A DNA stretch of 63,269 bases, filler included, from Octopus bimaculoides (taxonomy: Eukaryota): NCBI RefSeq assembly GCF_001194135.2. It is 6 parts of 6 records of this genome, joined end to end, with 100 filler letters (N's around TTAATTAATTAA, not from the genome) between each part and the next. Parts side by side here need not be neighbours in the genome. Positions count along the whole stretch, not along the records: positions 16,527 to 46,007 come from NC_068988.1; positions 46,108 to 47,315 come from NW_026418128.1; positions 47,416 to 52,284 come from NC_069006.1; 3 more parts are not named here. The stretch is one strand, 5' to 3'. Each line of letters begins with the position of its first letter. Position 1 is the stretch's first letter. Shown here piece by piece: positions 38,931 through 52,098 of this stretch. Under the pieces are notes generated by a model. It saw only the letters and a list, made by a program, of their open reading frames with translations. It was not told the DNA's origin and ran no database searches. The position numbers and the translations under genes are program-made.

Positions 38931-39826
38931 ATGCTTGTATATAATATAGATTTGTTGTGAGCTATAAAGATTGCTCACAATCTCCTAATATTTCAGCTTC
39001 TGTAACTATATAGCCTGCTGTTAAATCCTAGTGTGCATATGTTTACGTCTGAACAATTTAATCTACAAAAAATTGTCAATGTGCACAAATGGACAAAAGC
39101 GTAGAGTATATGTAACATACTCTCGGATACTCCAGTACCAATAAAAAACGGCATAAATGTACATCAAATGCCTATAAATATTTATCAAAATATGCATATA
39201 TACTCAAAAACTTACATATATATTCCTTTACACTTTTACACGTTTCAGTCGTTTTACAGCGGCCATGCTTGTGCACCATGTATTCATATATGAACTCTTG
39301 TACTATTCGTATGAATCTGAACTGAATAGTAGTTGATTTTGAAAGGTGAATATTGCTGGCATGAGTGCTGGACAGCGTAATTGTACAATAGAAATCTCAA
39401 ACATCCTTATGAGAGTATTCCGGCGCTTCATTTCCGTCGTCTATTCACACATTATTATTTCTTGGTTTAGAAGTAACATCTGCTATATATTTCGAATAGT
39501 ACGCAGTATCTAGGATTAGAATATAATGAAACATACTGCCGTTCATTAAAAGGAAAGTTATATCAATTACCAGGCTAAAGCAAATTCAATAGATATTGCT
39601 TCACCATTCTACGTCTTTCCGTCGGTTTGTTAGTCTGTTTAATTGCTACAAAGCTCTCTCTCCCACTGTCTCACTCTCAAAAGCATACACGCGCAGCCAC
39701 AACGCTACACAAGCATATATATGTACATACGTACGTACGTATGTGCATACGCCTATATCTCTCTCTCTCTCTCTAACTATCTATCTATCTAGCTATCTGT
39801 CTGTCTGTCTGTCTGCCCGTCTGTCA

Positions 39827-39903
<77 letters not shown>

Positions 39904-40415
39904 ACAACCTACCTATAAAAGAGTCATTCTATTGCACAAAGAAGTTGAAACTGAAATGGGATTCGTTTAGATTTTTCTAGTTAAAATGTTTTTAAGACTG
40001 AACCATCTTCACAGGTTTCTCTGATTTTCAAATGTTCAGATAGAGAGACGTAAATGCCTTGCTTCTGACTGGAGATCAAAAATTCTCTTGGTTTTATAGA
40101 GAGGACATGGCTCAAATTAGTTAATACTTCGGATACTGTTTGATTGGCCGAGGATGATCACAGGATCAAGCTTGTAAATTGTTGTAAGTTCCCTGCTACA
40201 TCCGCTCTTAATTGTCACGTGACATTATGTTAGACACGTAAGTCAAAGCTGTCACGGTTGAGTGAACGTGTTTGGTAACAGTCCCTGACAATCAAATCTA
40301 TCTGAATTGAATCTATCAAGTGTGGTGGATGATATATATAGACAGATATAGTAAATTAAATTTTGAATTAGAAGCAGCTATAATACCGCAAAGTTCATTA
40401 ATACCACATTCTTAC

Positions 40416-40459
40416 CTGCGGAATTTCTTCTTGGAGAAACCCTTCTAAGACGCCACGAG
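40416..40459 (-). CDS. Candidate 44-nt exon (SWRLRRVSPRRNSA or RGVLEGFLQEEIPQ)
   Basis: Acceptor gagtattattttag, donor cag|gtaaga; two frames open. Confidence 0.4.
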
Positions 40460-41980
40460 CTAAAATAATACTCAATATCTCAGAACCAGGTGAAACGATT
40501 CGCCCCGTAAACGAACGCGAACGGTGGCTATGGATATTTTGCTGTTATTATATTTCAGCTCATCTGTACCGCTCATTCGAGTCACCTTCGAGATAAATTC
40601 GAATCACTGGTCTGAGGTATATGTTGTAATAGCGTATAGTCTGTCTGATGATGTCAATCAGCACCACACGTAAAACAAAATAATATTTTGAATTCTAAGG
40701 GGATCAAATTATCGACTTGTTTTTCGAAATTTGGGGATCGTGCAAAAACTTATGATATGTATACTAGAAGCAGCAGTGAGTAATTCTTTAGTTTCAAATC
40801 AAATGATTTTTATTATAGCTTGATATCTATCTTCGTTGATAGATAATTATTAATATAGAAATATATGCAATGTGAATGCATTTCATAATACGTTTTATGT
40901 ATATGAAACTTATGGGCGTATTTAAATACGATTTTTCTCAGACATGGTTGTTTATTATTACGAGCAACTGAGGGAATTTCGTGTGCAAATCTAATAATGC
41001 CCCATTCTGACTTACATGGTTCATATTCATTTTTTACGAGCACACGAATACCGAGAATGAAATCATGCGTGTGTAACTTAACATGTTTTGCCAACGTTGA
41101 ACGCGAATATGATATTTGCTTTTGGAGTTCGTTTTCTGCGAACAACCTCTCCCTGTAGGCGAGGTGTTTTGACAACACATGCATCACTGCGGCATAAGCG
41201 AACTCTGATACACTAGTGTTTCAATATAATTACACATCTTCACTCAAAATCACATATTTTTCATAATCAATGATTAATATGTTACCTTTTAAAATTAGTC
41301 ATCTGGTAAAGTTTATCATCAAAAGAGACTACAAATCTCAAACTTTACTGAGTTTGACGTGTTTATTCAGTTTATTCAGTTTAATTAATTCTTCAGTAAT
41401 ATTGATTTATATGCAATGATTCCCTGGACAATTAAAAAGAAGTACCAGAGACATAAATGAAACCCCAACACCCGATTGAAATTATTCTGACTGATTCTTA
41501 TTTTCCTTCCAGGGAAATATTGCATTTGTAAAGTTGATGTCTCCAATAAAGTATTCGCTAAAAATAGTTTTTGTCCAAATCCGGACAAGCTGCTTTAATA
41601 TCTGAGATCCTGATTTTAATTTTTTACATTCGAACGAACCCGCGGCAGCTACCATTCACGCTGTTATCACACCTATCGTTAATGCTGAATTAAACGCTCC
41701 AAACCAGTATCACTGATTCAATTCAAAGAGAGTATCTTCCTTTCATTACTCAACTGCAAAAATATAACAGCAAAATCTTTATCTCGATTCACAGTGTGGA
41801 AAGTAAAAAGGGATATATTAAATGATGTTGACACTGATGACCTTAAGATCTTGGATGACATAGATATGATTGGAATGTGTTTGATCACACATCCAATCGA
41901 TCAAATTTGAAATGTGATTAAACAAAACAATGTATTAGTCAGACGTTGCGAACAGTCATACCTTCTACAGATCAGTACAT

Positions 41981-42014
<34 letters not shown>

Positions 42015-43734
42015 TNNNNNNNNNNNNNNNNNNNNNNNNNNNNNNNNNNNNNNNNNNNNNNNNNNNNNNNNNNNNNNNNNNNNNNNNNNNNNNNNNNNNN
42101 NNNNNNNNNNNNNNNNNNNNNNNNNNNNNNNNNNNNNNNNNNNNNNNNNNNNNNNNNNNNNNNNNNNNNNNNNNNNNNNNNNNNNNNNNNNNNNNNNNNN
42201 NNNNNNNNNNNNNNNNNNNNNNNNNNNNNNNNNNNNNNNNNNNNNNNNNNNNNNNNNNNNNNNNNNNNNNNNNNNNNNNNNNNNNNNNNNNNNNNNNNNN
42301 NNNNNNNNNNNNNNNNNNNNNNNNNNNNNNNNNNNNNNNNNNNNNNNNNNNNNNNNNNNNNNNNNNNNNNNNNNNNNNNNNNNNNNNNNNNNNNNNNNNN
42401 NNNNNNNNNNNNNNNNNNNNNNNNNNNNNNNNNNNNNNNNNNNNNNNNNNNNNNNNNNNNNNNNNNNNNNNNNNNNNNNNNNNNNNNNNNNNNNNNNNNN
42501 NNNNNNNNNNNATATATACTGACAGACAGGCGTAGATAGGTAGATAAATAGGTAGGCAATCAAACTGCGAAACAGGTAGAAACACAATTACACGGTGAAA
42601 GAGGGGATAATAAATATGCATAATGTTTAATGTGAATAGGAATCTTAGCGGAATTTTCGGAAATGGTATATTGTTAAAATCATTCACGAGTCCATGCTTC
42701 TTTTCTCTCTATTTCTGTATTCTATGAATAATTTCCAATATTTTCTTTTCACATATTATTAATGTCATTTCAGGTTATATTAGAATTTAAATATTATGAT
42801 TTTTAGTCACTTTATAGATATCCCTAATATATTGGCCCGATATTTTCTTGCTCTCAGCAGCTAATTATTGATTATATTTTCTTTCGAAATGTACCGTGAT
42901 GACTTCACAAAGAAGCTTATTCATTCCTGCTATAAACATTTTAATGGTTATTTTCAGTTTAGTGAACTGTGATAAATGACTGATTTCATATATTTTTTTA
43001 TTTTATTTCTAATGTTTGGACCAGTAGACGTGTTATTGATCGCATGCAGATGCGTTCAGACTGAGGTCTTTCTGTATATGTTGGATTTAATTATGATCTG
43101 TTTTTCATTTGTTTGTCATTTCTTTATACATTGTAGCTGTCCTATTGATTGATAATTTAATAAACCTGGTGTCTTAGTGTGGTATGTCATGTATTTGTAG
43201 TTTGTCACATTCATTGTACTCTATTGGCATTTAGGCTGTTTCCAGTTATTTTGTGTTACCCAGCAGCAATAGAGTTTACATGCTGCATATGAGTGGTGCG
43301 TCATATGCTTCAATGACATCTTTCATTTTTATCGTATTTGCAGAATGGTTGTGGAAGAGTTGATGGTAGTGAGGTATTTGTATATGTGTCCATGACTGTA
43401 TATGTGGGACAGAGAGGGAGAGAGGGAGAGAGAGAATGACAGAATGAGGCGCAATCTTCCTTTGCACTTGAATTTTACTTTATCGACCATGAAGTGATGA
43501 AAGAAATGTTGGTCTCGGTGTAGTCAACCGAAATAAATATCACAGGGCACTTCGAGGCTCTAAGTGGTTTGCCGATTCAAAGCCATTTAAAGACACGAAA
43601 GAACTAAATAAATAAAGCAGCATTTGATATCTAACATATAAAATATAATACATAACTCACACTGATTTATTGTAACAATATAAAGTATATTGAATATAAA
43701 GTAGTTATATAATTAACTGCATCATTATGTTGTC

Positions 43735-43940
43735 GGAGGAAGGCGGCGAGTTGGCAGTATCGTTAGCACGCCGGGCGAAATGCTTAACGTTATTTCGTCT
43801 GTCGCAACTGTCTGAGTTCAAATTCCGCCGAGTTCGACTTTGCCTTTCGTCCTTTCGGGACAACAAAATACGTACCAGTTGATGTTATCGACTGCACCGC
43901 CCCACAAAATTCATGTTTTGTACCTATAGTAGAAAACAAA
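43735..43940 (+). mobile_element. SINE family 2
   Basis: aaggcggcgagttggcagtatcgttagcacgccgggcgaaatgc...gactttgcctttcgtcctttcggg. Confidence 0.9.
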
Positions 43941-45149
43941 TTATGCAGGTGGAGGTATATAATTACAATAGATACATTTTTCATGGAGTCACTAAGTATT
44001 AAAGAAACTATGTGGTCATTCTTCTTGAAAGAAAGAAAGAAAGAAAGAAAGAAAATGGGTGGTGAGGACAACAACGCTGCCATGTCTACCGTTTTGCAAA
44101 GAAAAGTGGCATGCAATAACATAACACTGATTAATAATGGTTGACATTGTGCTAAACAGTAAGAGAACCAGCTGCTACTTCCTTGTAAATTTATAACGTA
44201 CGACTGAACATATACATATATATATATATATTTCGTTTTGAGAGTTGTTTTGCAAGATTTTTTATGTGAGTTCGTGTGTTGAAGCATATTATGTTGTGTC
44301 TGGGAAGAGTCATTCTCTTTTAGTGCCTTATAATCTAACACTCACCGGTAAAACTTGCATTCATTTACATATTCATTTTTCTTAAATTTTCAGTGCGTCT
44401 TGCAACCTTTTCAGTTTGCGTCTTGCAATCTTTCTTATTTACTAATGGGGATGTTTAACTTATGAGGACGTACTCTTGTATTTGTCTGAGGGTTGGGTCC
44501 TTTGGGTGCTTGGATAGGAAATATACGTAATAGGTAATCATACTAAATCATACTGAATAGGAAATATGCCTAGTAGATAATGATACTCACATACCCATAG
44601 TTTATATTTATATACAGGTACAATAGTTAGCATGTTGGTATGTAGATACATGTATGTATGTCTGTGTGTGTGTATGAATATATGTATATACACATGTATG
44701 TAGGCAAATGGATATGGAAGTAAACAGATAGACATACTGATAGATAGGTACATAGGTAATATAAACAGACAATCACAGAAACNNNNNNNNNNNNNNNNNN
44801 NNNNNNNNNNNNNNNNNNNNNNNNNNNNNNNNNNNNNNNNNNNNNNNNNNNNNNNNNNNNNNNNNNNNNNNNNNNNNNNNNNNNNNNNNNNNNNNNNNNN
44901 NNNNNNNNNNNNNNNNNNNNNNNNNNNNNNNNNNNNNNNNNNNNNNNNNNNNNNNNNNNNNNNNNNNNNNNNNNNNNNNNNNNNNNNNNNNNNNNNNNNN
45001 NNNNNNNNNNNNNNNNNNNNNNNNNNNNNNNNNNNNNNNNNNNNNNNNNNNNNNNNNNNNNNNNNNNNNNNNNNNNNNNNNNNNNNNNNNNNNNNNNNNN
45101 NNNNNNNNNNNNNNNNNNNNNNNNNNNNNNNGAAAACCTCCATAAAATG

Positions 45150-45535
45150 TAAGCGTTGCTGTGTGGTAAGAAAATTTCTTCCCAACCACATGGTTCTGAG
45201 TGCAGTCCCACTGCGTGGCACCTTGGGCAAGTGTCTTTTACTATCGCCTCGGGCAGACTAAGGACTTGAGAGTGGATGTAATTGAGAGAAACTGAAAGAA
45301 GCCCGTCGTATATATGCGTATGTGTGTTTGTGTGTGCACGTGTTTGTGTTTGTCCCCACGCCATCGCTTGATAACTGATGGTCTGTTTACGTTCTCCAAA
45401 CTTAGCGGTTCGGCAAAATAGACCAATAGAATAAGTACCAGGCTTACAAACGATAAGTTCTGGGGGCGATTTCTATCAGACGAAGGGCGATGCTTCAGCA
45501 TGGTGACAGCCAAATGGCTAAAGAAGGAAAAGAAT
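45150..45535 (+). mobile_element. SINE family 1, near full length
   Basis: Head, internal (TA/TG) and tail all present. Confidence 0.9.
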
Positions 45536-45539
45536 ACTA

Positions 45540-45870
45540 GATCTGAAACAGTGATTTGGGACAGTGAAGGGAAACTGTGTACAGTTATGGAACCAGCTGT
45601 GCAGCGGATGTTAAGATAAAGCTAAATATCCTCGTGACAGAAAATATCAACGATGAAATATTGAAGAGTCTAAAGTTACTCTATCCAGCTTACAAGTTCA
45701 TGATTATAATTGTAAATATTGGGGAACTGGTATATGTACCAGATGGCCTAAATGCTAACACTGAGAAATTAGGCTTCTCAAAATCAAACAGGAGAAAGCT
45801 AATTGGAGGATCCAGGCTATCACTGGACCGGTAAAAATCTGTAAATCTTACCAGAATTTTATCATTTAAG
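45540..45870 (+). mobile_element. RLE-type LINE C-terminal (restriction-like endonuclease) fragment
   Basis: VIWD..KLCTV / SCAADVKIK..LKLLYPAYKF..I..GELVYV..LNANTEKLGFSK..RRKLI / SITGPVKICKSYQNF, matching RLE-LINE C-termini. Confidence 0.75.
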
Positions 45871-46109
45871 TATATATGAGTATGACGAGACATGCAACTA
45901 TATGCATAAGCATACGTACATGCATACATACACACATGTGCGCGCGCACCCATACACACACGCACACACACGCACACACACGCACATATATATGTATGTA
46001 TATATATNNNNNNNNNNNNNNNNNNNNNNNNNNNNNNNNNNNNNNNNNNNNTTAATTAATTAANNNNNNNNNNNNNNNNNNNNNNNNNNNNNNNNNNNNN
46101 NNNNNNNGT

Positions 46110-46335
46110 ATATATTTATGTGTTGGTGTTTGTGTCTGTGTTTGTCCCCCTCACCATCGCTTGACAATTAATGTTGGTGTGTTACAGGGATGTCCCTGTA
46201 ACTTGGTGGGTCAACAGAAGAGACTGATGGAATAAGCACCAGGCTTATAAAGAATAAGTCCAGGGGTCAATTTCTTCTCCTAAAGGGCGGTGCTACAGCA
46301 TGGTCACAATGAAATGACCGAAACAATAAAAGAAT
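46110..46335 (+). mobile_element. SINE family 1, 3' half
   Basis: tgtttgtccccctcaccatcgcttgac...cagcatggtcacaatgaaatgaccgaaac. Confidence 0.85.
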
Positions 46336-46354
46336 ACACACACACACACACACA

Positions 46355-46720
46355 CAGAGGATGTCCCAGAATTAACAATCTATTTCAATGATATAGGGCA
46401 AATTTTTTAAAAAACAAAACAGAACTTCAAGTTTATTGATACCAAAACAAATAGATTTATAAAGCATGTGTCGAAGCTTTATTGGAAATTTTCAATGTGT
46501 GTTCGGTCTGTATCCCTGCAAATTTCCAATCTCTCCTTAGTGTTGCAAAACACATTTTGAAGCATTTCAAGAGTCATCTCCTGCACTGCTCACGGAATGC
46601 ATTCTTTTAAGTTCTGCTAAATCATTGCTCCATCGTGGGGATGGAAGTAGAGAAAACGAGTGCACCCAAACTGAGAAAAAGCTGTCGTGGACAGATAAGC
46701 AGGATCCAACAGGAATGAAA
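46355..46720 (-). mobile_element. Tc1/mariner-superfamily transposase C-terminus plus terminal repeat
   Basis: Minus strand NLKECIP*AVQEMTLEMLQNVFCNTKERLEICRDTDRTHIENFQ*; end cagaggatgtccca resembles CAGGGTGTCCCA TIRs. Confidence 0.6.
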
Positions 46721-47229
46721 ATATTCTAGTGGCGCGAAATTATAGCCGCCATTGAGGAAGTACTATTCTGCGCATATGCAAGGGACTTCACCACCGGAAG
46801 CTCCTCGAGTGCGCATGCGTAGTAAAACTGGTACTTAAACAGTGAGTTTCACTTTCTCAGCGAGTTGAGCCTGAGACCGTTGACGTGACAACACCTCACT
46901 CCTCCACAAAGCACTCTTCACCTTGATGCCTTCGATGGTGATAGCTACTTGCTTCTCTGGCAGGCATCAAGGAAGCCCTTAACCTTCCAATACCAAATTA
47001 CAACTTAATCAAAGGCTGCTAAGCTGAATGACAGGAATTGTGAAACCAAGCATCATCATAAATAAAACCTTTTTATTATGTTGTTAATTGTTCTAATGTC
47101 TCTTCATATATAATGCTGTTGAAAGGTGATAGAGCGAGACTAAAGTCTCTATGACAACTATTCACTATTTACAATATAATTATCAAAAAAATTATAAAAT
47201 TTATACATTCTTAACACATATTGATTTCA

Positions 47230-47315
47230 AATTTTGGCACAAGGCCAGCAATTTTAGGTGTGGAGTTAAGTCTATTACATAGACCCCAGTACTTGACTGG
47301 TACTTATTTTATTGA
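47230..47315 (-). mobile_element. SINE family 2, 3' part
   Basis: ttttggcacaaggccagcaa...accccagtacttgactggtacttattttattga. Confidence 0.8.
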
Positions 47316-47549
47316 NNNNNNNNNNNNNNNNNNNNNNNNNNNNNNNNNNNNNNNNNNNNTTAATTAATTAANNNNNNNNNNNNNNNNNNNNNNNNNNNNN
47401 NNNNNNNNNNNNNNNACGCAAATTTTTACAGAAACATAACAGAAAATTCGTAGCTAATTTCTCACCAGTAAACCTCCAAAAGATCATTACAATTTCGTGC
47501 ATATGTATATTTGTGTGTGTGTGTGTGCGTGCGTGCATGCGTATACATA

Positions 47550-47585
<36 letters not shown>

Positions 47586-47735
47586 TACACACACACACAC
47601 ACACACGCGCAGGAGTGGCTGTGTGGTAAGTAGCTTGCTTACTAATAACATGGTCGACAAATGAACGTCCAGCTTTTGCCGAACGACCTGCACAAATGAT
47701 TTATTTATAGTGATGCTCAGGGGTTCGTATATGTG

Positions 47736-47782
<47 letters not shown>

Positions 47783-47830
47783 ATCTATGTGCATATATAT
47801 ATATATATATATACTTTTACACGGAGAATT

Positions 47831-47900
47831 GTGACGGTGGTTTCGAAGTCTCGTCCCGACGATGGCTACTAGCAGGCCGAAACTTCGAAGCCACTTTCAC
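47831..47900 (+). ncRNA. Hairpin with hammerhead-like core (variant or decayed)
   Basis: GTGGTTTCGAAG-TC-tcgtc-CCGACGA-t-GGC-tactagcag-GCC-GAAA-CTTCGAAGCCAC; no stem I can form in a monomer. Confidence 0.4.
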
Positions 47901-49530
47901 GCCATTTCTTGAAGAAGCGTAAGAAACATGTACTTTATGAAGAAGAAGAAGAAGAAGAAAATATTAAGTAATTCTTTAGTTTTGTGTGAAATTTGTTTTT
48001 ATTATAACTCGACATAAACATACGTTCATGCATACAAACAAACAAACAAACGCACATACATGTATGCACATATTTACATACACACCGGCTAAACACACCT
48101 ACAACGACACATACACGCACACACACATAGATCTTCATTTATCTATGTAAAAAATACAACTTGTCACATTGTAAATTCCTGGATAATTCTAGAAAAGCCT
48201 TAAATGGAATGGATGCCAAAAGAGATATATAATGGATTTAGGTGGAATCCTGGTTACATTTGTCAATGGGTGTTTAGAGATATGTTCACGTTACTGCTGT
48301 TGTATATTCATTTAGAAATTGCACATTATATATATATATATATATACACATATATATATATATAAATATACACACATATATATACATATACACATGTATA
48401 CATATACATACACACATATATATACATACACACACATATANNNNNNNNNNNNNNNNNNNNNNNNNNNNNNNNNNNNNNNNNNNNNNNNNNNNNNNNNNNN
48501 NNNNNNNNNNNNNNNNNNNNNNNNNNNNNNNNNNNNNNNNNNNNNNNNNNNNNNNNNNNNNNNNNNNNNNNNNNNNNNNNNNNNNNNNNNNNNNNNNNNN
48601 NNNNNNNNNNNNNNNNNNNNNNNNNNNNNNNNNNNNNNNNNNNNNNNNNNNNNNNNNNNNNNNNNNNNNNNNNNNNNNNNNNNNNNNNNNNNNNNNNNNN
48701 NNNNNNNNNNNNNNNNNNNNNNNNNNNNNNNNNNNNNNNNNNNNNNNNNNNNNNNNNNNNNNNNNNNNNNNNNNNNNNNNNNNNNNNNNNNNNNNNNNNN
48801 NNNNNNNNNNNNNNNNNNNNNNNNNNNNNNNNNNNNNNNNNNNNNNNNNNNNNNNNNNNNNNNNNNNNNNNNNNNNNNNNNNNNNNNNNNNNNNNNNNNN
48901 NNNNNNNNNNNNNNNNNNNNNNNNNNNNNNNNNNNNNNNNNNNNNNNNNNNNNNNNNNNNNNNNNNNNNNNNNNNNNNNNNNNNNNNNNNNNNNNNNNNN
49001 NNNNNNNNNNNNNNNNNNNNNNNNNNNNNNNNNNNNNNNNNNNNNNNNNNNNNNNNNNNNNNNNNNNNNNNNNNNNNNNNNNNNNNNNNNNNNNNNNNNN
49101 NNNNNNNNNNNNNNNNNNNNNNNNNNNNNNNNNNNNNNNNNNNNNNNNNNNNNNNNNNNNNNNNNNNNNNNNNNNNNNNNNNNNNNNNNNNNNNNNNNNN
49201 NNNNNNNNNNNNNNNNNNNNNNNNNNNNNNNNNNNNNNNNNNNNNNNNNNNNNNNNNNNNNNNNNNNNNNNNNNNNNNNNNNNNNNNNNNNNNNNNNNNN
49301 NNNNNNNNNNNNNNNNNNNNNNNNNNNNNNNNNNNNNNNNNNNNNNNNNNNNNNNNNNNNNNNNNNNNNNNNNNNNNNNNNNNNNNNNNNNNNNNNNNNN
49401 NNNNNNNNNNNNNNNNNNNNNNNNNNNNNNACACCTTAATAACAGTTAAATTCCGTGGTTATGTCGATCGTGTGTTTATATGTACGTTTGTATGTGTACA
49501 TCCACATCTGTTTATACATATACAATACAT

Positions 49531-49580
<50 letters not shown>

Positions 49581-49603
49581 CGATATGCAAATGCAGTTCT
49601 ATA

Positions 49604-49660
49604 TACAGTGTGGCCAAAAGTCACGCCCCAAACCATTGACATTTTATTTACATATTATTA
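49604..49660 (+). mobile_element. Tc1-like terminal fragment
   Basis: TA followed by CAGTGTGGCCAAAAGT, typical of a Tc1 TIR start. Confidence 0.5.
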
Positions 49661-49760
49661 GTCGATAAATTGAGTACCAGTCAAGTACTGGGGTCAATGT
49701 AATCGACTATACCCCCTCACCACAAATTCCAGGCCTTGTGCCTAATAGTAGAAAGGATTA
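49660..49760 (+). mobile_element. SINE family 2, 3' part
   Basis: gtcgataaattgagtaccagtcaagtactggggtc...ggccttgtgcctaatagtagaaagg. Confidence 0.85.
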
Positions 49761-49960
49761 TTATTATTATTCTTCATTTTACTTATCATGTACAAGTACG
49801 TGCGTTATACATAGGTGCCTATACACATGTTTATGTTTATACATATGTTTATGTGTGTATATGTGCACATGTAGGTATGTATGCTTATATACCTTTGCAT
49901 ACACATTCATAGACATATAGATATGTACACAACTATTAAGTTTTTACAATTACACACACG

Positions 49961-50006
<46 letters not shown>

Positions 50007-50481
50007 NNNNNNNNNNNNNNNNNNNNNNNNNNNNNNNNNNNNNNNNNNNNNNNNNNNNNNNNNNNNNNNNNNNNNNNNNNNNNNNNNNNNNNNNNNNNNN
50101 NNNNNNNNNNNNNNNNNNNNNNNNNNNNNNNNNNNNNNNNNNNNNNNNNNNNNNNNNNNNNNNNNNNNNNNNNNNNNNNNNNNNNNNNNNNNNNNNNNNN
50201 NNNNNNNNNNNNNNNNNNNNNNNNNNNNNNNNNNNNNNNNNNNNNNNNNNNNNNNNNNNNNNNNNNNNNNNNNNNNNNNNNNNNNNNNNNNNNNNNNNNN
50301 NNNNNNNNNNNNNNNNNNNNNNNNNNNNNNNNNNNNNNNNNNNNNNNNNNNNNNNNNNNNNNNNNNNNNNNNNNNNNNNNNNNNNNNNNNNNNNNNNNNN
50401 NNNNNNNNNNNNNNNNNNNNNNNNNNNNNNNNNNNNNNNNNNNNNNNNNNNNNNNNNNNNNNNNNNNNNNNNNNNNNNNNN

Positions 50482-50511
<30 letters not shown>

Positions 50512-50514
<3 letters not shown>

Positions 50515-50650
50515 CGTAGGAGTGGCTGCGTAATAAGTAGCTTGCTTACCAACCACATGGTCCCGAGTTCAATTCCACTGCGTGGCACCTTGGGTAAGTG
50601 CCTTTTATTATAGCCTCGGGCCGACCAAAGCCTTGTGAGTGGAATTGGTC
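50512..50650 (+). mobile_element. SINE family 1, 5' part
   Basis: taggcgtaggagtggctg...ccaaagccttgtgagtgga. Confidence 0.9.
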
Positions 50651-51192
50651 TTTGAAAGTACGTTTGGATACTGAAAGATGATAGAGCTACGAAATACAAG
50701 ATGCTGTTACGAGTGGTTGAATTTCCCAGGGCGTAGTTTTTGTGGGCTCCTGTTTCTCGTAACTTGAAACAGAATTCGAACTTGTCTCCTGAATCTTCAA
50801 CACGATTTAACGTTTTATAAAATCATGTCATTCACCTTATTCCTTTCTCACTAAACACTTTCACCATAACGCTATCGTAGCTAATATGCATCCACTGTCA
50901 ATGAACACCATTACCATATTTACAATATTCAATACCACTGAATAATACGCTACCTTTAAGATATCGTGTTCGTCTCTCCACACTTAGATATTCAAATATA
51001 TACAAATATATATATATATACATGATCATATTTATAAGCATATACACATAGATATACTTACGCACACATATACACATACACACATATATACGCATACATA
51101 TTTGTGTATGAATATGTATATGTAAATTTATGTGCGTTTACATGTATGTATTGGAATATTTATATCCATGGGCAACATATATGTCAGTGTGC

Positions 51193-51245
<53 letters not shown>

Positions 51246-51283
51246 TATGTGTGTGTGTGCGCGCGTGTGTGTGNNNNNNNNNN

Positions 51284-51330
<47 letters not shown>

Positions 51331-52065
51331 AGTAGCATACAGTAGGTACTATTTTTGTAACCGTTTCTCTTCAATCTTTCATATTTACAGTCAAACCAAA
51401 AAAGGTTACTAAATCTGAAAATCTATTTTGATTTACAAGTGACATACTTTCTTTAGACAAGCATTGTGTCTAATCTGAATTTCATCCTACTCCTTATAAT
51501 GTGTGTGTATGTGCATGTGCATGCTTGTGTGTGCATGCTTGTGTGCATGTGTGTGTAAACAAATACTTAAAAAAAGGCCCAATAAAAATAATTTTTATAT
51601 CAATATATCTGTGCTTGGGATTAAGTTCTCACTCATTGTGTTTGGTACCATATCGGAAGAATGTCAAAAATAAAATCATATATATCCATATATAAAACAT
51701 ATATATATACATATATGATATAGTTCATGGGAGTTTTTTGTATGCACATATTATATGTATAATATATGTATAATCTATATATATATGTTATATGGTTTCT
51801 TAGATATTTTTAGTTTTTCTGTGTTTCCGAATCACTTTAATGATGGCGGTTTCAGGTTTAGCGGCGGAGATGGTGGTGAGGCAACGGCGGTGGTTGCTAT
51901 GGGTGTAGTAACAATAATAATATAATTGGTGATGTGGTAGTAGTAGTAGTAGTGATCGTAACAACAATGTTACTAGTAGTTTTCTTATTGGCAGTGGTAG
52001 AAGTAGGAAGAAAAAAAACCCAACTAAAGCTATATTGCACAATAAACACACACACACACACACAC

Positions 52066-52098
<33 letters not shown>

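Noticed and set aside
40813-41187. 124-aa ORF, faintly like a Penelope GIY-YIG tail (STLAKHVKLHTHDF)
   Set aside because: No GIY or YIG motif, and it lies on the wrong side of the nearby hammerhead; similarity too weak.
43344-43373. 30-nt plus-strand exon-like segment (tttgcag|...gag|gtattt)
   Set aside because: Isolated, with no phase-linked partner exons on the plus strand.
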